Assembly: GCF_900289195.1 (NCBI RefSeq)
Contig: NZ_OMOH01000005.1
Coordinates: 180,001-212,000, forward strand
Origin: Propionibacterium ruminifibrarum
GTDB taxonomy: Bacteria; Actinomycetota; Actinomycetes; Propionibacteriales; Propionibacteriaceae
Length of the DNA stretch: 32,000 nucleotides
Direction of reading: 5' to 3'
Numbering within the stretch: position 1 is the stretch's first letter; each line of letters opens with the position of its first letter. The position numbers and the translations under genes were made by a program. Positions 9,422 to 19,100 of the stretch are shown here, piece after piece. The notes beneath the pieces were generated by a model. The model was not told where the DNA came from. It was given only the letters and a program-made list of their open reading frames with translations, and searched no databases.

Positions 9422-9669
9422 GCGAGCGGCTCCGCGCTCGGCTGCCCGAGATCTGCGGGCGGCTCGCCGCCGGTCTGCGACTGCTGGCGCGCCTCGTCGA
9501 TGAGCTGGCGTGCGCCGTCGAGTTCCTCCTGGCAGCGGGCCGCCAGTTCCTCCCCGCGCTTCCACAGCTGCATCGACTCGGCCAGCGGCACACCGCCCGA
9601 CTCGAGTTTCGCGACGATCTCGGCGAGTTCGGCGCGGGCCTGCTCGTAGCTGGGTTTCTCATCCGCCAT
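9418..9669 (-). CDS. xseB: exodeoxyribonuclease VII small subunit
   Basis: MADEKPSYEQARAELAEIVAKLESGGVPLAESMQLWKRGEELA is canonical XseB. The ATG at 9669 has an upstream GGAAGGAG. A longer 115-aa form starts at 9765 in an ATGA overlap with the xseA stop. Confidence 0.9.
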   Translation of the reverse strand: MADEKPSYEQARAELAEIVAKLESGGVPLAESMQLWKRGEELAARCQEELDGARQLIDEARQQSQTGGEPPADLGQPSAEPLA

Positions 9670-9761
9670 GGTGGTGGCTCCTTCCGTCTGATTCCAGGTT
9701 GACCGGCCCACTCGGCCCAGCCGTGCTGGCGACCCCGGGCGTCGGCTGCGTGGCGCGGGCG

Positions 9762-11033
9762 TCATGGCCGGTCATCGGTTCCTCCGGCGCTGGGTATCGC
9801 GTCGTCGACCTCGACGACCAGGCGGCCGTCGGACAGGAAAACCATGAGCTGCTCGCCGGGCTCGGTGTCGGCGACCGAGGTGACCGAGGTGTTGTCGGAG
9901 TCGGCGAGGATCGCGTACCCGCGCTCCAGGGTCGCCTTCGGCGACATGGCCCGTACCCGGTCGAGTGCGTGGGCGATCGTCTGCTCCTCGTCGGAGACGA
10001 TGCGGTCGATCGTGCTGCGCAGCCGGTAGCGTGCCATCTGCAGCTGCTGCACGTGACCCTCGAGCGCCGAGACCGGGTCGCGCAGCACCGGGTGTGAGGT
10101 GAGGCGGCCGAGCTCGTAGTACTCGGACTTCACGCGCGCGGTGATGGCCGTGCGCGCCCGGCCCAGCAGCTCGGCGAGATACTGCTGCTCGGCCGCGGCA
10201 TCCGGGACGATGCGCTTGGCCGCGTCGGTGGGGGTGGAGGCGCGAAGATCGGCGACCAGGTCGAGGATCGGGGTGTCCGGCTCGTGGCCGATCGCGCTGA
10301 CCACGGGAGTGCGCGCCGCCGCCACCGCCCGGACCAGGTCCTCGTCGCTGAACGGCAGGAGGTCCTCGAGTGAGCCGCCGCCGCGGGCGATGACGATGAG
10401 GTCGACCCGCGGGTCCACGTCCAGCTCGGCCAGCGCAGCGGCGACCTCGGCGGCGCTGCGCGGCCCCTGCATGAGGGCGTGGCGCACCTCGAACCGAGCC
10501 GACGGCCAGCGGTGCAGCGTGTTGGTGAGCACATCGCGCTCGGCCGCCGAGTCGGCCCCGGTGATCAGGCCGATGCAGGCCGGGACGAACGGCAGCGGTT
10601 TCTTGCGTGCCGGGTCGAACAGGCCCTCCGCCTGCAGGGCGCGTTTGCGCTGCTCCAGCTCGGCGAGCAGGCGTCCCTCCCCGGCGATCTGGATGACGGA
10701 GCACTCGAAGGACAGTCGGGCCGTCTTGTTCCACACGCGGGGACGCAGGCAGGCCAGGACGGTGGTGCCCTCGGTGATCGGTCCGGCGGCGTCGAGCACG
10801 GCGCTGGTCGCGGTGGCCTGCGCCGAGACCTCCTGGGAGGTGTCACGCAGCGTCAGGAACTGGACGGCGTAGTTCGCCCGGCGACGGAGCTCGATGACCT
10901 GGGCCTCGACCCAGATCCAGCCGCAGCGCTCGACCCAGCCCTTGAGCATGCCGACGACCTGCCCCAGGGGCTGGGCGGTCTCGGGGCTGTTGCGCGGGCC
11001 CTGCGCGGTCTGTGTTCCAGGCATGCCCTCCAC
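9762..11033 (-). CDS. xseA: exodeoxyribonuclease VII large subunit
   Basis: N-terminal OB-fold region (IWVEAQVIEL) and catalytic region IARGGGSLEDLLPFSDE. The start is GTG at 11033 or ATG at 11024. Confidence 0.93.
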   Translation of the reverse strand: MEGMPGTQTAQGPRNSPETAQPLGQVVGMLKGWVERCGWIWVEAQVIELRRRANYAVQFLTLRDTSQEVSAQATATSAVLDAAGPITEGTTVLACLRPRVWNKTARLSFECSVIQIAGEGRLLAELEQRKRALQAEGLFDPARKKPLPFVPACIGLITGADSAAERDVLTNTLHRWPSARFEVRHALMQGPRSAAEVAAALAELDVDPRVDLIVIARGGGSLEDLLPFSDEDLVRAVAAARTPVVSAIGHEPDTPILDLVADLRASTPTDAAKRIVPDAAAEQQYLAELLGRARTAITARVKSEYYELGRLTSHPVLRDPVSALEGHVQQLQMARYRLRSTIDRIVSDEEQTIAHALDRVRAMSPKATLERGYAILADSDNTSVTSVADTEPGEQLMVFLSDGRLVVEVDDAIPSAGGTDDRP

Positions 11034-11080
11034 GGTAGCCGGGCCCGCCGACGATTCCGGCCTGCCAGGGGGAGGGCGGC

Positions 11081-12061
11081 TCAGATCAGCCGGGCGGCGA
11101 GCTCGGCATACATGCCGAGCTTCGCCTCGACGTCGGGCAGGTAGCTGATGAGCATGATCTCGTCGCAGCCGTGCGCATCGGCGAAGGTGCGCACACGGGT
11201 CGCCACCTCGTCGTAGGTCCCGATGATCGGTGCGTGGTCATGGGCGAGGAAGGTGCGCGCATTGGCCAGTTGCTCGGGTGTCATCTGTTCTGGCGTCGCG
11301 AACCCCAGCGGCAGCCCCAGGCGCTGCGCCATGCGGAAACCCTCGCCGGCCAGGGCGCGGCGCTCGGCCTTCTCGGCCGTGCCGGCCGCCGAGACGAGCA
11401 GGGCGGACAGGGTACGGCCACTGGTGTGCCCATCGGGCAGGTGCCGGCGGTAGTGGTCCATGACCTCCGGGTCCTGGTGGCCGGAGAAGAACTGGGCGTA
11501 GGCGTAGTTGAGATCGTTGACGCCGGCCCAGGCGGCGCTCTGGCCGCTCGACCCGAGCAGCCAGGCCTGCGGCAGCACCTCGGCCCGGGGCGAGACCGTG
11601 AGGCCCGCGTAGCGGTGGTCCTCGGGCAGCGTGCCGCGCAGCAGCCCCACTGCTTCGAGGATGAGCCGGTTGATGTCGTCGGGGGCGAGGACCCGGCCCT
11701 GGTTGAGGGCGGCGCTGGCGACCACGTCCCCGCCCGGCGCGCGGCCCAGGCCCATGTCGATGCGGTCGCCGTACAGGGCGGCCATCGTGGCGAAGCGTTC
11801 GGCGATCTGCAGGGAGCCGTAGTGCATGGCCATGACGCCGCCGCTGCCGATGCGGATGCGCGAGGTCGCGCCCAGCAGGTGGGTCATGACGATGTCGGGT
11901 GCGCTCGACAGGAAGTGCGGGGAGTTGTGGTGCTCGGCGACCCAGAAACGGTCGAAACCCAGCTCCTCCACGCCACGGGCCAGTCGGGCGGCGTCGTGAA
12001 GGGTGTCCGTCTCGGTGTGCTCCTGGAAGAGGGGGAGCTGCTCGAGTGCGCTGAGTCTCAT
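11081..12061 (-). CDS. LLM-class (luciferase-like) flavin-dependent oxidoreductase
   Basis: ATG at 12061 preceded by [17 protein letters not shown]...[12 protein letters not shown]...[13 protein letters not shown]...GLGRAPGGD is typical of the luciferase-like monooxygenase family. Confidence 0.88.
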   Translation of the reverse strand: MRLSALEQLPLFQEHTETDTLHDAARLARGVEELGFDRFWVAEHHNSPHFLSSAPDIVMTHLLGATSRIRIGSGGVMAMHYGSLQIAERFATMAALYGDRIDMGLGRAPGGDVVASAALNQGRVLAPDDINRLILEAVGLLRGTLPEDHRYAGLTVSPRAEVLPQAWLLGSSGQSAAWAGVNDLNYAYAQFFSGHQDPEVMDHYRRHLPDGHTSGRTLSALLVSAAGTAEKAERRALAGEGFRMAQRLGLPLGFATPEQMTPEQLANARTFLAHDHAPIIGTYDEVATRVRTFADAHGCDEIMLISYLPDVEAKLGMYAELAARLI

Positions 12062-12168
12062 GGTGGCCTCCTTGCCGGCTCGATGGATGGCGCAGCCGGT
12101 CAGTGCCAGCACAGCGTGCGCCGTGCGCGAAAGCAAGGGGGACGGGTTCAGCTCATAGACTGGTGGCC

Positions 12169-13206
12169 ATGAGTGATGCGACCGATCCCGGAGCCGCCAA
12201 ACGTGTCGTCGTGGCGGCTCCCCGCGGTTACTGCGCGGGCGTCGACCGTGCCGTCGTCACCGTGCAGAAGGCGCTGGCCGCCTACGGCGCGCCCGTCTAC
12301 GTGCGCAAGCAGATCGTCCACAACAGGCACGTCGTGGAGACCCTCGAGCAGGAGGGCGCCGTCTTCGTCGACGAGCTCGCCGAGGTGCCGTCCGGTTCGC
12401 TGGTGATCTTCTCGGCCCATGGCGTCTCCCCGGCGGTGCGCGCCGAGGCCAGGGAACGCGGCCTGCGAACCATCGACGCGACCTGCCCACTGGTGACCAA
12501 GGTGCACCACGAGGCGAAGCGCTTCGCGAAGCAGGGCGTGCCGATCATCCTCATCGGCCACGCCGGTCACGAGGAGGTCGAGGGCACCACGGGCGAGGCT
12601 CCCGACGCCATCACGCTCGTGCAGACCCCCGATGACGTCGACGGGCTCGACATCGACCCGAACACGCCGCTGGCCTGGCTCACCCAGACGACCCTGAGCG
12701 TGGACGAGACACGCGAAACCGTCGAGCGGCTCCACCAGCGCTTCCCGAACCTGATCGACCCGCCGAGCGACGACATCTGCTACGCCACCCAGAACCGTCA
12801 GGGCGCGGTCAAGCAGATCGCCCAGCACTCCGACCTCGTCATCGTCGTCGGCTCGCGTAACTCGTCGAATTCGGTGCGTCTGGTCGAGGTGGCGCTCGAG
12901 AACGGCGCCCGCCGAGCCGAGCGCGTCGACAATGCCGGCGAGATCGACCCGGCCTGGCTCGAGGGCGTGACGACGGTCGGCATCACCTCGGGCGCCTCGG
13001 TGCCCGAACGCCTGGTGGACGGCGTGCTCGACCGGCTCGCCGAGCTCGGCTACCCGAGGGCCGGTGAGGAGCGCCTGGTCGAGGAGTCGCTGAGCTTCGC
13101 CCTGCCCCCCGAGCTGCGGTCGCGCCGCGCCGGCAAACCTGTCCGCAAGCCCGGCACCCCGCTGGAGCCCGAGGAGACCGGGGCCCCCGCCGCCGTCCGC
13201 TCCTGA
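12169..13206 (+). CDS. ispH: 4-hydroxy-3-methylbut-2-enyl diphosphate reductase
   Basis: Motifs [40 protein letters not shown] and SNSVRLVE. Start taken at ATG 12169 (MSDATD...), because the longer ORF start would overlap the divergent gene region. Confidence 0.95.
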   Translation: MSDATDPGAAKRVVVAAPRGYCAGVDRAVVTVQKALAAYGAPVYVRKQIVHNRHVVETLEQEGAVFVDELAEVPSGSLVIFSAHGVSPAVRAEARERGLRTIDATCPLVTKVHHEAKRFAKQGVPIILIGHAGHEEVEGTTGEAPDAITLVQTPDDVDGLDIDPNTPLAWLTQTTLSVDETRETVERLHQRFPNLIDPPSDDICYATQNRQGAVKQIAQHSDLVIVVGSRNSSNSVRLVEVALENGARRAERVDNAGEIDPAWLEGVTTVGITSGASVPERLVDGVLDRLAELGYPRAGEERLVEESLSFALPPELRSRRAGKPVRKPGTPLEPEETGAPAAVRS

Positions 13207-13216
13207 GCTCAGGAGC
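13199..13216. terminator. perfect 18-bp palindrome spanning the convergent ispH and rmuC stop codons (possible bidirectional hairpin)
   Basis: GCTCCTGAGCTCAGGAGC equals its own reverse complement. It contains the ispH TGA (13204-13206) and the rmuC TGA (complement of 13209-13211). Both genes end ...GCTCCTGA. Confidence 0.4.
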
Positions 13217-14498
13217 CCTCGCCGAGGCCGGGGGTACTCGTCACCGCCCCGGCCGTGCCCGGTGCGTCATCTGCACCGGGCGGTTCGTCTGAGACCAGCT
13301 CCGGCGCCGTCATGACGCGCGGGCTGGCCCGGACCGCGCGGGGGGTTTCGAGGGAACCCTCGGCCAGCTGCAGTTCGTTGATCCTGCGGGCGCTGACGAG
13401 GACACGCTGCTCCAGCGAACCCACCGTCTTGTTGTAGGCCTCGACGGCTCCCGACAGCGACCTGCCCAGCTTGTCCACGTGCCCGCTCATCGTCGCCAGC
13501 CGCTGGTACAGCTCGCTGCCGAGGGCGGCGACCTCCTGCGCCGACTGCGTGAACGCCGCCTGCTTCCACCCGTGCTGCACGGCGCGCAGCATCGGGATGA
13601 GGATCGACGGGCTGGCCAGGAAGATCGAGTGGTTCGCCGCGTACTCGTGCAGATCGGGGCGCTGGTCGAGCGCCACCTGCAGCAGCGCGTCCGAGGGCAG
13701 GAAGAGCACCACCATCTCGGGACTGCCGGCATCCAGCCGCCAGTAGTTCTTGGCGCCCAGCTGGTTGATGTGCACCGTGACGTTCTTGACGTACTGGCCG
13801 AGCAGGGCGGTGCGCCGGTCGGGGTCGTCGGTGGCGAAGGCGTCGATGAAATTGCCGAGCGGGGTCTTGGCGTCGACGAAGATCACCTTGCCGTCGGCCA
13901 TGTTCACCCGCATGTCGGGGCGCAACCCGCCGTCCTCGGTGGCGACGGCCACCTGCGTGTCGAAGTCGCAGCGCTCCACCAGGCCGGCGATCTCGACGAC
14001 ACGCTTCAGCTGGGTCTCGCCCCAGGCGCCCCGCACCTGCGGCTGGCGCAGCGCCGTGACGAGGGCCGCGGTCTCCTTGCGCAGCGACTCGCTGCTCGAG
14101 GCCACGGCAGCCACCTGGCGGCGCAGGTCGGCGGCGCCCTGGGCGCGGTCGCGCTCGACCTGGAGCAGCCGGTCGTTCATCGCCTGAAGGCTCCGGCTGA
14201 TGGGTTCGAGCAGCACCCGCGTCTGGTCGAACCGGGCCTTGGCCGTGCGGTCGACCGTGGCGGCCTGCTGCTCGGCGGCCGTCGCCGACAGCCGCTGGAA
14301 CTCGTGGGCCATCGAGGTGCGATCGTTCGTGAGGGCCTCGAGCCGGGCGAGAGAGGCGTCACGCTCGGCCTTGGCGCGGGCGAGCTCGGCCTGCTGGCCC
14401 CCGGCCTGCGACCGCGCCTGGGAGCGGCCCAGCAGGAAACCGATCACCAGGCCGGCGGCGACCAGCACGAGGGCCAGGATGAGTGTGGTGGCGTCCAT
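13209..14498 (-). CDS. rmuC: DNA recombination protein RmuC
   Basis: ATG at 14498 (MDATTLILALVLVAAGLVIGFLLG, an N-terminal TM anchor), then a long coiled coil and the conserved RGAWGETQLKRVVE / PDMRVNMADGKVIFVDAKTP nuclease-like core. Confidence 0.9.
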   Translation of the reverse strand: MDATTLILALVLVAAGLVIGFLLGRSQARSQAGGQQAELARAKAERDASLARLEALTNDRTSMAHEFQRLSATAAEQQAATVDRTAKARFDQTRVLLEPISRSLQAMNDRLLQVERDRAQGAADLRRQVAAVASSSESLRKETAALVTALRQPQVRGAWGETQLKRVVEIAGLVERCDFDTQVAVATEDGGLRPDMRVNMADGKVIFVDAKTPLGNFIDAFATDDPDRRTALLGQYVKNVTVHINQLGAKNYWRLDAGSPEMVVLFLPSDALLQVALDQRPDLHEYAANHSIFLASPSILIPMLRAVQHGWKQAAFTQSAQEVAALGSELYQRLATMSGHVDKLGRSLSGAVEAYNKTVGSLEQRVLVSARRINELQLAEGSLETPRAVRASPRVMTAPELVSDEPPGADDAPGTAGAVTSTPGLGEGS

Positions 14499-14737
14499 GA
14501 CGGCAAGTCTTGCGTCCGCCACCGACGTTTTCCGGCGGAACGGGCGCGACACGCCGGGCCGGCGGCCCGCGGGACGGCCCGGTCCGCCGGCTCCGTCACC
14601 TGTTGCAGGGCCTGGCCGCAGAACCGAACGGGCCGGCCCGGGGGAGGGCAACTCCGCGCCGTCTCAGCCCCAGTGATCGCTGACTGGCATGTGTCGGTTC
14701 GGTCCTCGCCGCCGGGGCGGACTGCTTGAATGGGGCC

Positions 14738-16000
14738 ATGGCGGATCCAACGCAGTTCATGCCGGGTTTCGCCGAGTTCATCTCGGCGAGCCCCACCAGC
14801 TATCACGCCGCGGCAACCATGGCCGAGGGCCTTGCCCAGGCCGGGTTCGAACGCCTCGACGAGCGCAGGCGGTGGGGGAACGTCGCCGGCAGGAGGTTCT
14901 TCGTGCGCGGCGGGGCACTGGTCGCCTGGGTCGGGCCCGAGCAGCCGGCGCCCGACGCCGGGGTGCGCATCGTCGGCACCCACACCGACTCCCCGGCCCT
15001 CAAGCTCAAACCCAATCCGTCCTTCACCCGGGCCGGCTGGCGGCAGGCCAACGTCGAGATCTACGGCGGGCCGCTCATCAACTCCTGGCTCGACCGCGAA
15101 CTCGGGCTGGCCGGCCGCCTCGTCACCCTCGACGGCACCGAGCACCTCGTACACACCGGTCCGGTCCTGCGCATCAGCCAGATAGCGCCCCACTTCGACC
15201 GCAGCGTCAACGAGCGTCTCACCATCGACCGGCAGTACGAGCTGATGCCCAGCTACGGCCTCGGCGAGGGCCCCGACATCGCCGAGTGGGTGTGCGAGCA
15301 GGCGGGCCTCCCGGCCGGTGAGGTCGCCTTCGGCGACATCCACGCCTACCCGACGCAGGCCCCGGCCGTCTTCGGCATCGACGGCGAGTTCTTCGCCTCC
15401 AGCAGGCTCGACAACCTCTCGTCCACCTACCCCGCCTACCGGGCCCTCCTGGGCGCCCGGCCCGGCCGCGACATCGCCCTGTTCGTCGCCTTCGACCACG
15501 AGGAGGTCGGCTCGGGCACCAGCAGCGGCGCGGCAGGGCCCCTGCTGTCCGATGCGCTGGTGCGCATCGCCGACGGCTACGGCCTGCACGGCGACGCCTA
15601 CCAGGCGCTGCTGGCGCGCAGTTCGTGCGTCTCGGCCGACGCGTCGCACGCGGTGAACCCGAACCACGTGGGCAAGTACGATCCCGTCGTCCAGCCGGCG
15701 ATGAACCAGGGCCCGGCCCTCAAGGTGAACGCCCAGCAGCGCTACGCGAGCGACGCCGTCTCGGCCGCGCAGTGGGAGCGGGCCTGCCGTGCCGCCGGGG
15801 TGCCGCACCAGGCGTTCGTCTCGAACAACGACGTCGCCTGCGGCACGACGATCGGCCCGCTCACCGCGCAGCGGCTGGGCATCGCCACCGTCGACGTCGG
15901 CGTGCCGATCCTGTCGATGCACTCCACCCGAGAGATGTGCGGCACGAGCGACCCCGGCTACCTGTGCGCGGCCCTGGCCGCATACTGGGCCGGTGCCTGA
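14738..16000 (+). CDS. M18 family aminopeptidase (aspartyl aminopeptidase-like)
   Basis: Motifs SPTSYHA, GTHTDSPALKLKP, FDHEEVGS and LSMHSTRE. First ATG is at 14738; the track start at 14726 is a TTG. Confidence 0.9.
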   Translation: MADPTQFMPGFAEFISASPTSYHAAATMAEGLAQAGFERLDERRRWGNVAGRRFFVRGGALVAWVGPEQPAPDAGVRIVGTHTDSPALKLKPNPSFTRAGWRQANVEIYGGPLINSWLDRELGLAGRLVTLDGTEHLVHTGPVLRISQIAPHFDRSVNERLTIDRQYELMPSYGLGEGPDIAEWVCEQAGLPAGEVAFGDIHAYPTQAPAVFGIDGEFFASSRLDNLSSTYPAYRALLGARPGRDIALFVAFDHEEVGSGTSSGAAGPLLSDALVRIADGYGLHGDAYQALLARSSCVSADASHAVNPNHVGKYDPVVQPAMNQGPALKVNAQQRYASDAVSAAQWERACRAAGVPHQAFVSNNDVACGTTIGPLTAQRLGIATVDVGVPILSMHSTREMCGTSDPGYLCAALAAYWAGA

Positions 16001-16131
16001 CCAGGGTTGTTGTCAGCCCGCCACGGCGTACTGGGCGGTCGCTGTACTTTCCGCCAGGTGACCGGGAGCTGTCCGCGACGGGGCGGGCGGCGATACAGTG
16101 ACGTCAGTCGTCAACGCGAAAGGCGGGCCGC

Positions 16132-19100
16132 ATGTCGCGCATCAGGGTTGGCAGTGGCGGCATGTTCGGTTATTCCTTCGCCCAGGCGGTCGCCGCCTCG
16201 AAGAGGGGCGATGAGCTCGTCCTCGCCGAGGGCGTGTACACCCTCGGCGAGAGCATCGAGCTGCGGGATCTGCGTCTGACAGGAACAGGTGACCCGTCCC
16301 GGACGGTGATCGACTCCCGCGTCGACGTCACCGGCAGAGCAGTGCTCACCAATCTGACCATCAGGGCGGCTGCCTTCAACAATGCCCTCAAGGTGATGCC
16401 GGGCTGCCGCGTCGAGATGCGCGGGGTGATGCTGATCGGGGATCCTGCGGAGAAGTACCCGGCGCTCTATGTCGACGCCGGTGAGGTCATCTTGGCGGGG
16501 TGCCGCATGGTGCAGGGCCCGACCTGGGTGTCCTCGGTGTTCACCGCCGACTCGCGTCTCGTGGCGCAGTCCAGTGAGCTCGGCTGGTTGGAGTTGACCG
16601 GCACCCGGGCTGAGTTCCACGGGTGCGCTGTTGCCACGGTGCAGGTCCTCAAACGGTCGGCTGTGCGCTCCACCGGGTGGCTGATCTGCACCCCGGCGCC
16701 TGGCAAACGCCTGCTCGCCGTCGGGGGCGAGTCGGTGGTACAGATCGATGGCCTTGCGCTGCGAGGAGCCGCCGACCCCTTGGAGATTTCCTGCGAGGAG
16801 AGCCTGCTCGGCATCGGTGCCGTCGACCTCGACGAAGGCCAGCGTCCCTACATCCTGCGCAAGGGCGCAGGGCGTGTTCAGGTGCCCGACGGCGTGTTCG
16901 AGGTCGTCGACGAGGACGAGCAGAAGGAGGCCGCACCGCCCGCCCTGCTCATGGAACTGCACTGGTCTGTCTCCGACGCCCATCGCTTCACGGACGTCAT
17001 CCTTCCCAGGGCTGCGAGTGGGGCCACCATCACCATGGACGCCGGCGAGTACTTCCTCGATGGTCTCAAGGAGGAGACCGCGTGCTTCGACTGCACACTC
17101 GTCGGGGTCTCCCCGGAACGGACGGTCATCCACGGCACGCTGACCCCGAACGGCTCGGGCGAGTTGAGGCTGCGTGACCTCACCGTCCGGACGGCCACGG
17201 GTCGCAACTGCGTTGTCGCCAAGTCTGGCAGCGTCGCGCTGAGCAACGTCGTCCTCGAGCAGCTCGGCGAACCGATGAGCTATCCCGCGCTCTCGGCCAC
17301 GGACGTCGTCGTCACGATGGAGGACTCACGAGTGGCCGCTGCACCCGGGTCGACCATCGAGGGGATTGTCGAGCTGTGCGGGACTGCCCGGCTGGAGGCC
17401 AGCCGCAGTGATCTGGGCTGGTTCTACGCCAACGACCAGTCGGTGCTGGTCGCAGACGACTGTTCCGCGTACGGGCTCTTCCTCTCCGGTTCCCCCACGA
17501 TCCGGTCGACCGGTGTGTTCGCCATTCGCGGCAACACCTGCCAGACTCGGGGACTGGTGCTCAACCCCGGGACGCGTGCCAGTTTCGAGAAGATCCAGAT
17601 CGGCGGGGGAGCCCATGAGGGCTACGCCGAGGACGCGGTCCTCGAAGTGAGGGAGTTGCGCCACGGTGAGGGCGGCAGCTTCTCGCTCTGCGTCGCAGGT
17701 GAGAACACCCTCTCCGTGCCCGGCGAGCCCTGGTACGTCATCGAGACGGCCCGTGCCGGAGCCTCGACCGGGGAACAGCGCGAACCCGAAGCAGCCCCCG
17801 GGCCGGACGATCGTGCCGCCGACGAGGCGCCGAGGGCCGACGAGGAGGCACCCGAATCGGGTGTTGACGACCCGATGGCCGAGATCATGCTGCTCACCGG
17901 CCTGGAGGGGGTCAAGGAGCAGATCGCCTCATTCCTGAACGTCGTGAAGTTCAACGAGCTGCGCCGTCGTCAGGGGCTCAAGACCTCGGGCACGACGATG
18001 CACAGCCTGTTCCTCGGCAATCCCGGCACCGGGAAAACCACTGTCGCGAGGCTGCTGGGCAAGGCCCTGTACCAGGCCGGCGCCGTCGCGAAGGACGTCT
18101 TCGTCGAAGTGGGGCGCAGGGATCTCGTGAGCGAGAACATCGGCGGGTCGGCCATCCGTACGGGCAAGGTGCTCGAACGGGCCCGTGGCGGCGTGCTCTT
18201 CATCGACGAGGCCTACTCGCTGTACCAGAAGGAGCACAACCAGTTCGCCCAGGAGGCGGTGGACACGATCCTGTCCTTCATGGAGAACGAACGCGACGAG
18301 ATCGTCGTCATCTTCGCCGGATACGACGAACCGATGCAGGACTTCCTCCGCATGAACCCGGGTCTGGCCTCGCGCGTGCCGAACACCTTCACCTTCGAGG
18401 ACTACACGCCGGACGAGATCGCCACGATCGGTGTCGAGGCGCTCCACGGCGACGACTACCGCATCGCCGATGAGGACCTCTACCGGCGCATCGCGAGCCA
18501 GCAGTACGAACGCTCGATCTCCGGCGGCAACGGGCGGTGGGTGCGCAACTTCAACGAGGCCCTCATCATGAAGACCGCAGAGCGCGTGCTGAGGGAGGCC
18601 GAGCAGGGGCGGGTCGACGGGGCCGATCCCGGTCTCATCACCACCGACGACCTCTACGAGTTGGCCGGTGGCGACGAGGACCAGCGCCAGGACGCCGTCA
18701 ACACGCTGCTGTCGCAGCTCGACGACCTGGTGGGGCTCGCCCCGGTGAAGGCATGGGTGCACGAGCTCATCGACGAGGCCAGGGCCAACAAGCTGCTCGC
18801 CGAGCAGGGACTGGCGGTCGAACACCCGACCTACCACATGGTGTTCGCGGGGCGTCCGGGTACGGGCAAGACGACGGTCGCCTCAATCATCGCGCAGCTC
18901 TTCCACAATCTTGGCCTGCTGGAACGCCCGACGGTCCACGAGGTCGACCGCTCCGATCTCGTCGGAGCATATTTCGGTCACACCGAGGAGAAGACCACGC
19001 GTGCCGTGGACAACGCCATGGGTGGTGTGCTGTTCATCGACGAGGCGTACCAGTTGTACGGCGCCTCGGAGAACGACTTCGGTCGGATGGCCATCGAGAC

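Noticed and set aside
14444-15922. 492-aa minus-strand ORF
   Set aside because: It is antisense to the confident M18 aminopeptidase gene. Its R/G/A/V/D-rich composition is typical of a shadow ORF in high-GC DNA, and it has no recognisable motifs.
16111-18837. 340-aa and 302-aa minus-strand ORFs (16111-17133, 17929-18837) inside the large AAA+ gene
   Set aside because: They are antisense shadows of the 1127-aa ORF, whose Walker motifs and internal duplication fix the coding strand.
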